From an uncultured Dictyoglomota bacterium (lineage in GTDB: Bacteria > Dictyoglomota > Dictyoglomia > Dictyoglomales > Dictyoglomaceae), in NCBI GenBank assembly GCA_964654465.1, contig CAZZIO010000040.1:96001-160000 (forward strand): a stretch of DNA of 64,000 bases, in the 5' to 3' direction. Shown here piece after piece: positions 41,668 through 51,908 of this stretch. The notes beneath the pieces were generated by a model. It saw nothing but the letters and a program-made list of their open reading frames with translations. It ran no database searches and was not told the origin of the DNA. How positions within the stretch are numbered: position 1 is the stretch's first letter; every line of letters starts with the position of its first letter. The translations under genes were made by a program, and so were the position numbers.

Positions 41668-42617
41668 GATTTGGAATTTCTTCAGGTAGTTTGGAAGTAC
41701 TTAAAAGAAAATATATAAAAGAAGATTCACCAACAACTTTATATCTTATGACACTACAAAAATGTCTCAATAATTGTGCCTTCTGCACTCAAGCAAGAGG
41801 AAGTCACGTTGATGTTTTTATGCTTTCAAGAATTACATGGCCTCTCATAGAAATAGAAGATTTAATAAACCTATTAGAGGAATATAATCCTTTTAAAAGA
41901 TTATGTTTTCAAGTGACAAATCATCTAAGTTGGGAAAAAGAATTAGTTGAAACTATAAAACTATTTAAAATCTTCAATTTACCTATTTCTATTTCTGCCC
42001 CCTTCAATAACATATCTCATATAGAAAAATTCTTCGAATTAGAAATTGATAGAATAAACATATCTATTGATGCGGTAGGAAAAGATCTTTTTAGAAAAAT
42101 AAAATATGGAGAATTTGAAGAAAGATTAGAGTTTATTAAAGAAGCAAGTATAAAGTTTCCTTCCCAAATCACATCTCATATAATTGTAGGATTAGGAGAA
42201 GAGGAAAAGGAGTTAGTTTACATTATAGATAAGTTATCAAAATGGAAGGTAACAGTAGCTTTATTTGCATTTACACCTTTAAGTGGAACTCGTCTTGAAA
42301 ACATGAACCCTCCTAATTATTACAAATACAGAAAAATACAACTTATCACTTTTCTTTTACAGAGAAATTTAATCTCTTTTGATGAATTGTCATTTGATAA
42401 AAATGACAATTTATTAATTACGGAGGATATTTTATCATTAGCAGAGCCTTTTTTTGAAATAATTTTTAAAACGACTGGATGCCCTAATTGCAATAGACCT
42501 TATTATAATGAAAGCCCAAGAATAGTACCTTATAACTTCCCAAGAAATTTAAAAGATATAGAGATTGAAGAGATAAAATATCTACTAAGAAATGGAAGGG
42601 CAAGAATTAATTTATAA
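41664..42617 (+). CDS. lipS2: Radical SAM protein, LipS2-type lipoyl synthase component
   Basis: CLNNCAFCTQAR, LSRITWP and TTGCPNCNRPYYNE. Start set at 41664 (ATGA overlap with the upstream gene). Confidence 0.82.
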   Translation: MRFGISSGSLEVLKRKYIKEDSPTTLYLMTLQKCLNNCAFCTQARGSHVDVFMLSRITWPLIEIEDLINLLEEYNPFKRLCFQVTNHLSWEKELVETIKLFKIFNLPISISAPFNNISHIEKFFELEIDRINISIDAVGKDLFRKIKYGEFEERLEFIKEASIKFPSQITSHIIVGLGEEEKELVYIIDKLSKWKVTVALFAFTPLSGTRLENMNPPNYYKYRKIQLITFLLQRNLISFDELSFDKNDNLLITEDILSLAEPFFEIIFKTTGCPNCNRPYYNESPRIVPYNFPRNLKDIEIEEIKYLLRNGRARINL

Positions 42618-43992
42618 AACGTTAAAAATAGTACGTGATTATGCCAAAGCTAATCATTTAAAAATCTATATAGTAGGTGGTTTTGTAAGGGATTACCTTA
42701 TTGGAAAAGAATTAAAGGACGTAGACTTTTTAGTTTACCCTTTAAATTATAATTTTTTATTTGATCTAACTAACCTTTTTAACGGTAAACTTATCAAATT
42801 AGATGAGGAGCGAGAGTATTACAGAATAATTATAAATAATAATGATGGAGACATCATTTTAGATTTTACCCCCATATATGAAAACAATTTACTATTAGAA
42901 CTTCTAAGGCGTGATTTTACTATAAATTCTATTGCATTAAATCTTTTCAGCTTTAAAATAATTGATCCTTTAAATGGCTTAAAAGATTTAGAAAGAGGAA
43001 TACTAAGAATATCTTCACCTAACTCCTTTAAGGAAGATCCTTTAAGGATTCTAAGAGCTTTTAGATTTTTAGGATATGGTTTTAAAATAGAAAAAAATAC
43101 TTATGAGAAGATTATAGAAGATAGAGAAAAATTAAAATCAGTGAAAGCAGAAAGGATACACGACGAAATTTACAAAATACTAATTTCGTCATTCTCAAGT
43201 TATCTATGGATTAAAATGGTAGAAACAAAAGTTTTAGAGGTTATTTTACCAGAGCTTTTTGTATTAAAAGATATTCCATGGAGTAATCCCCACCATGAAG
43301 ATCCATTGAGGCATTCTATAACTTCTTTATCTGTTCTTGAAGATTTAATATACAATATAGAATCTATTTTTCCAGACTCATATCAACAAATCTTAGCATA
43401 CTTAAATGAAAAATTCTTTTCAAACTATACAAAGCTTGAAACTCTAAAATTAGCAGTATTACTTCATGATATAGGTAAATCTGAAACTTTTTCTATCGAT
43501 GAAGCCTCTTTAGTTCATTACTATGGACATTCACAAAAAGGAGTTGAACTTTTAGATAATATAGGAGAAAGATTGAAGTTAAGTAAAAAAGAAATAATTT
43601 TTTTAAAAAAACTTATTGGGACTCATATGTACCCTTTAAGCTTCATACAAAATCCAGTATCAGACCCTATTTATAAACTCATTTTAAGAGTAAAAGATGA
43701 TGTGCCTGCTTTGATACTACTCTTTATGGCTGATCAAATATCTATTAAAGGTAAAATAGAAAACTTGAATTGGTATAGGAAAATATTAAATGAATTTTTC
43801 AAAATAAAAAATATTCCTAAACCCTTATTAACAGGTAATGAAATCATGGAAATATTTAATCTAACCCCGTCTCCCCTAATAGGTAAATTAAAAGAAAAGC
43901 TTATAGAAGCACAGATGAATAATAAAATATCTACAAGAGATGAAGCCATAAGATACCTTGAAGAAATATTGAAAAATGAAACCAATAGCTAA
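42592..43992 (+). CDS. Class II tRNA nucleotidyltransferase with HD domain (likely CC-adding)
   Basis: GGFVRD..DVD, RRDFTIN, EDPLR, ERIHDE, LLHDIGK and LLTGNEIM; short segment before RRD. Confidence 0.87.
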   Translation: MEGQELIYKTLKIVRDYAKANHLKIYIVGGFVRDYLIGKELKDVDFLVYPLNYNFLFDLTNLFNGKLIKLDEEREYYRIIINNNDGDIILDFTPIYENNLLLELLRRDFTINSIALNLFSFKIIDPLNGLKDLERGILRISSPNSFKEDPLRILRAFRFLGYGFKIEKNTYEKIIEDREKLKSVKAERIHDEIYKILISSFSSYLWIKMVETKVLEVILPELFVLKDIPWSNPHHEDPLRHSITSLSVLEDLIYNIESIFPDSYQQILAYLNEKFFSNYTKLETLKLAVLLHDIGKSETFSIDEASLVHYYGHSQKGVELLDNIGERLKLSKKEIIFLKKLIGTHMYPLSFIQNPVSDPIYKLILRVKDDVPALILLFMADQISIKGKIENLNWYRKILNEFFKIKNIPKPLLTGNEIMEIFNLTPSPLIGKLKEKLIEAQMNNKISTRDEAIRYLEEILKNETNS

Positions 43993-44674
43993 AAAAATAA
44001 TTGAATTTACTATGAAAGATCTTTTTTATAAATTAAATTTTCCTTTTGAGTGGGGAAGAGAAAGTTTATATCAATTATATTTTTATGAAAAAGGAGAAGA
44101 ACGAATAATAGAAGAAAGTTTCAAAAATTATAAAATCTTTCAGAAATGGATGAATTCACATAACATTATTCTCTCTGATTTTATAGAAAAACTAAAAAGC
44201 ATTAGAGATATAAGGAGTGATTTTTTAAGCTTTAAACGTTCTTCTCTTAAAGATTTAATTAGAGATTTATACAATATTATAGACGATATCAGAATATTTA
44301 TTGGAAAAAATAGCATACCTTTACCTCAAGATATCTATATACCAGATATTAACATATTAGGTCCTGAAAATTTTACATGGGAAGTTCTCTCTTTTTATAT
44401 CAAGTCTATAAGGTTTATTACATTCTCTATCAATTTTTTTAATTATCCCCAAATATCTGAAGAAATAATTCTTTATAACAACAGAAGATATTTTCCCGAA
44501 CATTCTTACAAGTTAATAGATGAAAAAGTATATCTTCAAGACTTAATTCTATCTTGGTCGGGAATACCTTCTCAAAACTATATAAAAGAATTTTATCTTC
44601 CAAAAGATATAAAGTTAGAAGATGGACTTGAATATTTTACAATAAAAAACAAAATATTTATCTTTCATAAATAA
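43976..44674 (+). CDS. Hypothetical protein
   Basis: 232-codon open frame in AT-rich DNA overlapping the upstream stop; no motif recognised. Confidence 0.65.
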   Translation: MKPIAKKIIEFTMKDLFYKLNFPFEWGRESLYQLYFYEKGEERIIEESFKNYKIFQKWMNSHNIILSDFIEKLKSIRDIRSDFLSFKRSSLKDLIRDLYNIIDDIRIFIGKNSIPLPQDIYIPDINILGPENFTWEVLSFYIKSIRFITFSINFFNYPQISEEIILYNNRRYFPEHSYKLIDEKVYLQDLILSWSGIPSQNYIKEFYLPKDIKLEDGLEYFTIKNKIFIFHK

Positions 44675-45149
44675 TCAATTCCAATTTCTTTAACCAAAAT
44701 TCCCCACTTGCATCCTTCTCAAGAATTATCTCTATAATATTTGTTTGACCTACTATCCAGTACTTTGTAACATCAAAAGAAGGAGTAATATAATATTCAC
44801 TGCCAAAATCAAAACCTGAAATCACATTTTTTGAGTTTACATATATGGAAATAGGAGCCCATGTTTCTTCAGTCATAAAAGAAGAACTCATACCTGTAAT
44901 CTTTAAAACTACTCTTTTGGGATTAAAAAGAGGAGTTACTGGAGTATATAACTTCAACTGTCCTTCTGCCCTTAACATAGCCAAATGATATTCCCCATTA
45001 CTTCTTTCTAATACTACTCCTTTTCCCATCTCAAAAACTAAATTTCCCTTGGGAGGATTTTTAGAGAAATCAATGGTAAAACTTTGTTTTGCAAGTCCTA
45101 TATTTAGTAAAAATAAAAGCATTATAAAAAGAGACATATATCTTTTCAT
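44658..45149 (-). CDS. Hypothetical exported protein
   Basis: Strong SD AAGGAGG; signal-peptide-like MKRYMSLFIMLLFLLNIGLA; beta-rich mature part. Confidence 0.75.
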   Translation of the reverse strand: MKRYMSLFIMLLFLLNIGLAKQSFTIDFSKNPPKGNLVFEMGKGVVLERSNGEYHLAMLRAEGQLKLYTPVTPLFNPKRVVLKITGMSSSFMTEETWAPISIYVNSKNVISGFDFGSEYYITPSFDVTKYWIVGQTNIIEIILEKDASGEFWLKKLELIIYER

Positions 45150-45163
45150 GCTTAAACCTCCTT

Positions 45164-46060
45164 TTATTCTTCTTTTTTAGCTCTTGGATGAGCCTTTGTG
45201 TAAATATTTCTTATCTGTTCTGAAGTAAGATGAGTATAAATCTGAGTTGTAGAAATTCTTACATGACCCAGAAGCTCTTGTACATACCTAAGATCAGCTC
45301 CTCCTTCTAAAAGGTGTGTGGCAAAGGTATGTCTTAAAATATGAGGAGAAACCTTTTTTTCTAAAAATTTAGTATATCTTTTCAAAATTAACCTTACTCC
45401 ACGATCTGTAATTCTTTCTCCTTTAGCATTTAGAAAAAATGCCTTTTCAGGTTTCTTCAATAGTTTAGACCTTACATGATCATTATAAAGCTGTAATATC
45501 TTTAAAGTATTTTCTTCAATTATCACTACTCTTTCTTTAGCCCTTTTTCCAAAAACTCTTATCTCTCCATAATTCCAATTAATATCTTCCTCATTTATAC
45601 CTACAAGCTCACTTACTCTTATCCCTGTAGCATATAGAGTCTCTAAAATAGCTCTATCTCTTATACCCAAAAGATTATCTAAGGATGGAGCATCGAGAAG
45701 TTTATATACCTCATCAATAGATAAAAACTGAGGCAATCTTTTCTCTATTTTAGGTATAGGAATGAAAACAGTAAGATCTTCTTTAATTTTATCATAGGTA
45801 AGAAGATATTCAAAAAAACTTCTTAAAGAAGTTAATTTTCTTGCAATAGTACTCTTCTTATAGTTTTTTTGAGCAATATTTTGTATGTAAGACCTGATCA
45901 CTCTTTTATTCGTAAAATCCAAATCTCTCTCTTTACAATAATTATAGAAATCCAAAAGATCAATATTATAACCTCTCAAAGTATTTGGAGAATAATTACG
46001 TTCAAATCTCAAATAATTAAGATATCCTTCTATTTCTTTTTTTAAATCCAATTTTGTCAT
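45164..46060 (-). CDS. xerC: Tyrosine recombinase XerC
   Basis: [27 protein letters not shown] and TQIY, ending in HPRA; follows topA-trmFO. Confidence 0.9.
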   Translation of the reverse strand: MTKLDLKKEIEGYLNYLRFERNYSPNTLRGYNIDLLDFYNYCKERDLDFTNKRVIRSYIQNIAQKNYKKSTIARKLTSLRSFFEYLLTYDKIKEDLTVFIPIPKIEKRLPQFLSIDEVYKLLDAPSLDNLLGIRDRAILETLYATGIRVSELVGINEEDINWNYGEIRVFGKRAKERVVIIEENTLKILQLYNDHVRSKLLKKPEKAFFLNAKGERITDRGVRLILKRYTKFLEKKVSPHILRHTFATHLLEGGADLRYVQELLGHVRISTTQIYTHLTSEQIRNIYTKAHPRAKKEE

Positions 46061-46062
46061 TT

Positions 46063-47382
46063 CTATATATTGATCGCAAACCTCCTTATCATATCCTCAA
46101 GATCCCTTAATGCTCTCTCGGCATATAATCTATTTCTCATCTTCCTATCTTTAACAGGCATATCTAAGGGAGTCAAAATTCCAAAATTAGCATTCATAGG
46201 CTGAAAATTCTTTACAGGTACTTTAGTAGTCACATAACCAATAAGAGCCCCTATCATTGTAGTATGAGGTAATATTATAAGTGGTTTTCCTTTATATAAA
46301 CGAGCTGCATTTATTCCAGCTATTATTCCCATACTCGCAGATTCCATATATCCTTCTACACCAATAACCTGACCAGCAAAAAATATTCTCTCGTCTTTAG
46401 CAAATTGTAAGGTTGGTTTTAAAAATTTAGGGGCATAGAAATAGGTATTTCTATGCATTACCCCATATCTTGCAAATTCAGCATTTTCAAGTCCAGGAAT
46501 TAATCTAAAAACCCTCCTTTGCTCTTGAAATTTAAGTCTTGTCTGAAAACCCACCATGCTATAAAGGGTTTTTTGTATATTTTCTGGTCTCAATTGAACC
46601 ACAGCATAAGGCTCTTTGCCTGTTTTTGGATCTGGAAGACCAACAGGTTTCATAGGACCATAACGTAATGTATCTATACCTCTTCTTGCCAAAATTTCTA
46701 TAGGAAGACATCCCTCAAAATATTTTTCTTCACCAGGGAAATGTGATTCCACTACATCGGCATTTATCAATTCATTCACAAACCTTTTATATTCTTCCTC
46801 ATTCATAGGACAGTTTAAATATGCCTCTTCCCCTTTACCATATCTTGAAGCACTATAAACCTTCTCAAAATTTATACTATCAGCATAAATAATAGGTGAT
46901 ACTGCATCATAAAAATACAGAGAATCCGTATCTAATATTTCAGTTAAATATTGAGCAAAATCAGAAGAAGTTAGAGGTCCCGTAGCCACAATAACAACTC
47001 CATCAGAAGGAATTTTTTTGACTTCCTCTCTTATTATAGTTACATAAGGATTTTCCATTAATATCTGTTGCACCTTTTTAGCAAAGAGTTCTCGATCAAC
47101 GGCCAAAGCAACACCGGCTGGAACCTTCGTTTCTTCAGCAACTTTAAGAACTAAGGAATCAAGCCTCCTCATTTCCTCTTTTAAAAGTCCTGAGGCATTT
47201 GTAATCTCTGTAGATTTAAAGGAATTACTACAGACAAGTTCAGCTAAATATTCCGTTTTATGAACAGGAGTCATAACTTGTGGTCTCATTTCGTATATCT
47301 CTACAGGAATTTTTCTTTTAGCAAGTTGCCAAGCAGCCTCAGCTCCTGCAAGTCCTCCACCTATGATTTTGACTTTTTCCAT
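46063..47382 (-). CDS. trmFO: Folate/FAD-dependent tRNA m5U54 methyltransferase
   Basis: [32 protein letters not shown] and RYGVMHRN. Confidence 0.97.
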   Translation of the reverse strand: MEKVKIIGGGLAGAEAAWQLAKRKIPVEIYEMRPQVMTPVHKTEYLAELVCSNSFKSTEITNASGLLKEEMRRLDSLVLKVAEETKVPAGVALAVDRELFAKKVQQILMENPYVTIIREEVKKIPSDGVVIVATGPLTSSDFAQYLTEILDTDSLYFYDAVSPIIYADSINFEKVYSASRYGKGEEAYLNCPMNEEEYKRFVNELINADVVESHFPGEEKYFEGCLPIEILARRGIDTLRYGPMKPVGLPDPKTGKEPYAVVQLRPENIQKTLYSMVGFQTRLKFQEQRRVFRLIPGLENAEFARYGVMHRNTYFYAPKFLKPTLQFAKDERIFFAGQVIGVEGYMESASMGIIAGINAARLYKGKPLIILPHTTMIGALIGYVTTKVPVKNFQPMNANFGILTPLDMPVKDRKMRNRLYAERALRDLEDMIRRFAINI

Positions 47383-49451
47383 TTTCTATTCCTCCCTTTC
47401 TTCCATAATATGTAGTTACAATCATTATTACTACATTTTTTAAATCTGTTGCTCTCTAAAAGAGTACTACCACATATTGGACACTTTTCGTGAGTAGGCT
47501 CATAGGGCGATGCAAAAGTACATTTAGGATAATTTAAGCATCCCCAAAAAGTCTTTCCTTTTTTAGATCTTTTTTTAACAACAGTACCTCCACAGAGAGG
47601 ACATTTGCCTTTTGCTTCATCATATATTGGTTTCGTATACTTGCAGTCTGGATATCGTGAACAAGCATAATATTTACCATTTTTATTTTCTCTAAGTTGC
47701 AAATCACTTTCACAAATGGGACATTTTTCATCAGTTTTTTCAGCAATTTGTACCCTATCTGAATTTTTATAAACTTCCTCTAACTCTTCTTTAAATTTTG
47801 GATAAAACCTCTTCAAAACATCTATGGCTTCGACTTTTCCTGTCTCAATTTTATCTAGATCTTCTTCCATCTTTGCTGTAAATTTCACATCAATTAGATT
47901 AGGGAATTTCTCGACTAAAAACTCATTAACAACTTTTCCTAAGGTAGTAGGTACTAAAAATCTGTCCTTAACAACCACATATTCTCTTTCTTTTAACGTT
48001 TCTATGATAGTAGCATAGGTGCTTGGCCTTCCTACTCCAAATCTTTCTAAGGTTCTCACCAAAGTAGCCTCAGAATATCGAGATGGAGGTTTTGTAAAAT
48101 GCTGTTCCGGATATAGATTAAGAAGATTTAAAAGATTACCTTTTTCTGGAATATATTCTACTTGTTTATCAGTTTCAGATTCTTCCTCCTCTTCATGATA
48201 AACTGACATAAAACCAGGAAATTTAAGTTTCCTTCCTTTTGACAAAAATAGATACTTATTTCCTTCCACATATATTTCTACCACATCATAGATAGCTGGA
48301 GCCATTTGACTTGCGATAAATCTTTCCCATATAAGTTTATAAAGCTTAAATTGATCTTCTGAAAGATAAGGCCTCACCATTTCTGGTAATCTAAAGACTG
48401 AAGTTGGCCTTATAGCCTCATGAGCATCTTGAACACCAAGTTTCTTCTTCGTCTTTTTCTCCCCTCCGATAAATTCTTTTCCAAAATTCTCTTCTATATA
48501 TTTAATAGCCTCCATTCTTGCTTCAGGAGCTATTCTGGTAGAATCGGTTCGCATATAAGTTATAAGTCCTATTCTCTCTTCTCCAATATCTATACCCTCA
48601 TAAAGAGTTTGAGCAATTTTCATAGTCTTTCCAACAGGAAAGGCATATCTTCTTGAGGCCTCTTGTTGTAAAGTACTTGTTATAAAAGGTTGAGGCGAGG
48701 ACTTTTTCTCTTCCTTTTTAATTACATCTTTTACTATATAATTTATTCCTTTTAACTCTTCTAATATCTTATTCACTTCTTCTTCATTTTTTAAATTGAC
48801 TTCTTTACCTTCATATGATATGAGTCTTCCATATATTTTCTTATTTGTTTTATCTGAAAACTCTCCCCATATATACCAATATTCTTGGGGTATAAATTGC
48901 TCAATCTCCTTTTCTCTTTCACAAATAAGCCTCAGAGCTACTGATTGTACTCTCCCGGCAGAAAGTCCTCTTTTAACCTTTTTCCATAAAAGAGGACTAA
49001 GTTCATACCCAACTAATCTATCCAAAATTCTTCTTGCTTGTTGGGCTTCTACTTTACTGATATCAAGATCCCTTGGATTATTTATTGCTTCTTGTACTAC
49101 CCTTGGAGTTATCTCATGAAATTCTACTCTTGAGAATTTATCTTTTGGAATATTTAATACATTAACAAGGTGCCATGCAATAGCTTCTCCTTCTCTATCA
49201 GGGTCTGTAGCTAAGTAAAAATGATCTGCTTCTTTTAATAGTTCCTTTAGATTCTTAACAACTTCTTTTCTTGAAGGGATGATTACATATTTAGGCTTAA
49301 AATTATCCTTTATGTCTACCCCAAGTTCCTTCTCGGGTAGATCTCTTACATGACCATAAGAAGCAACTACTTTGAATTCTTTACCAAGTATTTTTTCAAT
49401 TGTTTTTGCTTTAGCTGGAGATTCAACTATTACAATCTTTTTATTTTTCAC
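47361..49451 (-). CDS. topA: DNA topoisomerase I
   Basis: VESPAKA, DPDREGE, SAGRVQ, ITYMRTDS, GRPSTYA and C-terminal Zn ribbons; GTG start. Confidence 0.98.
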   Translation of the reverse strand: MKNKKIVIVESPAKAKTIEKILGKEFKVVASYGHVRDLPEKELGVDIKDNFKPKYVIIPSRKEVVKNLKELLKEADHFYLATDPDREGEAIAWHLVNVLNIPKDKFSRVEFHEITPRVVQEAINNPRDLDISKVEAQQARRILDRLVGYELSPLLWKKVKRGLSAGRVQSVALRLICEREKEIEQFIPQEYWYIWGEFSDKTNKKIYGRLISYEGKEVNLKNEEEVNKILEELKGINYIVKDVIKKEEKKSSPQPFITSTLQQEASRRYAFPVGKTMKIAQTLYEGIDIGEERIGLITYMRTDSTRIAPEARMEAIKYIEENFGKEFIGGEKKTKKKLGVQDAHEAIRPTSVFRLPEMVRPYLSEDQFKLYKLIWERFIASQMAPAIYDVVEIYVEGNKYLFLSKGRKLKFPGFMSVYHEEEEESETDKQVEYIPEKGNLLNLLNLYPEQHFTKPPSRYSEATLVRTLERFGVGRPSTYATIIETLKEREYVVVKDRFLVPTTLGKVVNEFLVEKFPNLIDVKFTAKMEEDLDKIETGKVEAIDVLKRFYPKFKEELEEVYKNSDRVQIAEKTDEKCPICESDLQLRENKNGKYYACSRYPDCKYTKPIYDEAKGKCPLCGGTVVKKRSKKGKTFWGCLNYPKCTFASPYEPTHEKCPICGSTLLESNRFKKCSNNDCNYILWKKGRNRKWKKSKS

Positions 49452-50536
49452 TATAAATTATCACTCCTTCTCCCATATCTATTCCCTGGAAATTCTTCTA
49501 CAAGGCCTTTGGCTTGTAAAGAAACTATTATAAACATTAATCTTGATATATCCATGTTTAATTTGATCATTAAATCCTCAATAAATATAGGATTAAAATT
49601 TAAAAATTGCAATACCTTTTTTTCATCTTCTGTTAAAATAACATCTCTTTTAGGTTTATAAATAAAAGGTATGTGAAATTCTTCTAATATATCTATTATA
49701 TCTAACACCATTTTTGCTCCTTCTTGAATTAACTTATTTGTTCCTTTACTTCTTTCATCTATTATTCTCCCTGGAACAGCAAAAACCTCTCTCCCTTCAT
49801 TCAATGCAAAACTTGCTGTTATTAGAGCCCCACTTTTCTCTCCTGCTTCAATTACAAATACTCCCTCAGATATTCCGCTAATAATCCTATTTCTTTGTGG
49901 AAAGGTATATCTTGTAGGTCTTGTACCTAAAGGATACTCACTTATTAAGGCTCCATTTTCTACTATTCTTTCTGCTAAAATTCTATTTCCAGAAGGATAT
50001 ATAAAATCTAAAGAACTACCAAGAATCCCATATGTTCTTCCTCCACCCTCTAAAGCTCCTTTATGAGCATATGTATCTATCCCATAAGCAAGACCACTTA
50101 CTATTATAAATCCATATTTTACTAATTCTCTTGAGAAATACTCAGAGATTTTAATTCCATATTGGGTGGGTCTTCTTGTTCCTACAATAGCTATATATCT
50201 TTTACCAATAATATTTCCTCTATATGTGAGAAATAACGGAGGATTTTTTATCTCTTTGAGTAAAGGTGGATATTCTTCGTCCCATAAAGTTGTAAGTTTA
50301 TAGTCTTTTTTAACAAGTTTTTCCCACAAGTCTTCCCAAGAAATCTTTCTTTTAAAAATTATAAATTCTTGGATCAAGGAAGAATACGAGAATCTTTCAA
50401 GAATTTCCTTATCTGACAAAAGGAAAAGTTCTGGTGGCGAAATAAAATCTATCCATTCCCTCCATCTTCTATATAAAGGAGGAAAATAACTTAAAGAATA
50501 TATAAATGGTTTATCCTTGGGATTATAATTATACAT
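49451..50536 (-). CDS. dprA: DNA processing protein DprA
   Basis: AIVGTR, VSGLAYGID, FPQRNRIISG, SGALITA and C-terminal winged helix; exact start uncertain because no SD is visible. Confidence 0.94.
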   Translation of the reverse strand: MYNYNPKDKPFIYSLSYFPPLYRRWREWIDFISPPELFLLSDKEILERFSYSSLIQEFIIFKRKISWEDLWEKLVKKDYKLTTLWDEEYPPLLKEIKNPPLFLTYRGNIIGKRYIAIVGTRRPTQYGIKISEYFSRELVKYGFIIVSGLAYGIDTYAHKGALEGGGRTYGILGSSLDFIYPSGNRILAERIVENGALISEYPLGTRPTRYTFPQRNRIISGISEGVFVIEAGEKSGALITASFALNEGREVFAVPGRIIDERSKGTNKLIQEGAKMVLDIIDILEEFHIPFIYKPKRDVILTEDEKKVLQFLNFNPIFIEDLMIKLNMDISRLMFIIVSLQAKGLVEEFPGNRYGRRSDNL

Positions 50537-50545
50537 TAATTATCA

Positions 50546-50582
50546 AAATATTAGGGGGACTAAATAATCCCCCCTAATATTT
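50546..50582 (-). terminator. Terminator-like hairpin after the NCS2 permease
   Basis: 13 bp stem AAATATTAGGGGG / CCCCCTAATATTT with an 11 nt loop, 3 nt after the stop; T-run at the stem base. Confidence 0.72.
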
Positions 50583-50585
50583 CTT

Positions 50586-51908
50586 TTAAAGAATAAAGTA
50601 AAGAATAAATAATACAGCCAATATTATTAACACTGGATTTAATTTTTTAATTTTCCCTGTAAGAAGGTTTAATATTACATAAGAAAGAATACCAAATATT
50701 AACCCATTCGCTACCGAATAGGTAAAAGGCATAGCCACTATAGTAATAAAAGCAGGAAGAGCTTCCCCTATTTCCTTTAAATTGACTTTTAATATAGGTT
50801 CCATCATAAGGAAACCGACAATAACTAAGGCAGGAGCAGTAGCGGAAGATGGTATAATCCCAGCAAGAGGCCAAAAAATTACAGATAAGAGGAAAAGCAA
50901 TCCTACTACTAATGAGACAGCTCCTGTTTTACCTCCTTCTGCTATTCCTGCTGCAGATTCAATATATGTAGTTATAGTTGAGGTTCCACACAATGCTCCA
51001 GCTACAGTTCCTACCGCATCAGAAACTAAAGCTCTATCAGAACCCTCAAAACTTCCATCCTCCCTAAGCATATTAAGCTTAGCTGCAAGTCCCGAAATAG
51101 TACCTACAGTATCAAACATATCTACAAAAGTAAATGTAAAGATTATAGAAAATAATCCCCATTTTAGAGCCCCTAAAATATCTAATGCTAAAAAGGTTTT
51201 AGAAAACTCTTCCCAATTAGGAAGGGCTATTATATTTCCTGTAAAATAGGTGATAGGTTGACCATTGGAACCTTTTACAAAAATGCCTATAAATGTAGTA
51301 ATTAATATCCCTAATAATATATTTCCTTTAACGTTCAATGCCATAAGTAAAGCAATAATAATAATCCCAAAAATAGAAAGCAAGGTTTCTGGAGATCCTA
51401 AATTGCCTAAGGATATTAAAGTAGCATCATTCTTTACTACAATCCCTGCAGATTTTAATCCTATAAGAGCTATAAAAAGTCCTATACCTACTGAGGTTGC
51501 CATCTTAATATTAAGTGGTATAGCTTGTACAATCCATCTTCTTACTGGAAGAATCGATAAAATTAAAAAAATGATCCCATCTATAAATACTGCTCCTAAT
51601 GCAACTTGCCAAGGAAGACCTATTCCTTTACATACAGAATAAGCAAAATATGCATTAAGTCCCATACCAGGAGCCAAAGCAAAAGGAAGTTTTGCATACA
51701 ATCCCATAGTCAAAGTAGCAATTCCAGCCCCAATAGCGGTTGCCATCAAAACAGCACCTTTTGGCATTCCTGCATCTCCTAATATGTTGGGGTTTACAAA
51801 CAAAATATAAGCCATGGTAATAAAAGTAGTAAGCCCTGCAATGATCTCGTTAGACCAATTAGTCTTAAATTTCTCAAAGCCAAAATATCTCTCCAAAGCT
51901 TTAATCAA
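50586..51908 (-). CDS. NCS2/AzgA-type purine permease
   Basis: AGLTTFITMAYILFVNP, APGMGLNA, DMFDTVGT, YIESAAG and PFTYSVANG; TTG start after GGGG. Confidence 0.92.
   Translation of the reverse strand: MIKALERYFGFEKFKTNWSNEIIAGLTTFITMAYILFVNPNILGDAGMPKGAVLMATAIGAGIATLTMGLYAKLPFALAPGMGLNAYFAYSVCKGIGLPWQVALGAVFIDGIIFLILSILPVRRWIVQAIPLNIKMATSVGIGLFIALIGLKSAGIVVKNDATLISLGNLGSPETLLSIFGIIIIALLMALNVKGNILLGILITTFIGIFVKGSNGQPITYFTGNIIALPNWEEFSKTFLALDILGALKWGLFSIIFTFTFVDMFDTVGTISGLAAKLNMLREDGSFEGSDRALVSDAVGTVAGALCGTSTITTYIESAAGIAEGGKTGAVSLVVGLLFLLSVIFWPLAGIIPSSATAPALVIVGFLMMEPILKVNLKEIGEALPAFITIVAMPFTYSVANGLIFGILSYVILNLLTGKIKKLNPVLIILAVLFILYFIL

Noticed and set aside
40864-42617. Radical SAM pair as biotin synthase, LipA or the Memo-associated radical SAM enzyme
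   Set aside because: There is no LipA CX4CX5C motif and no bio genes nearby. The motifs and gcv coupling fit LipS1/LipS2 better, and the Memo gene is 10 kb away.
42592-44674. Nucleotidyltransferase plus unknown gene as a CBASS, MNT-HEPN or AbiE-like defence pair
   Set aside because: The NTase has full class II tRNA nucleotidyltransferase motifs (RRD, EDxxR, ERxxxE). The partner shows no convincing HEPN, TM or nuclease signature by eye.
45164-46060. Tyrosine recombinase as a possible prophage or island integrase
   Set aside because: It has XerC size, a terminal HPRA motif and the dprA-topA-trmFO-xerC housekeeping context. There is no adjacent tRNA, att repeat or mobile cargo.
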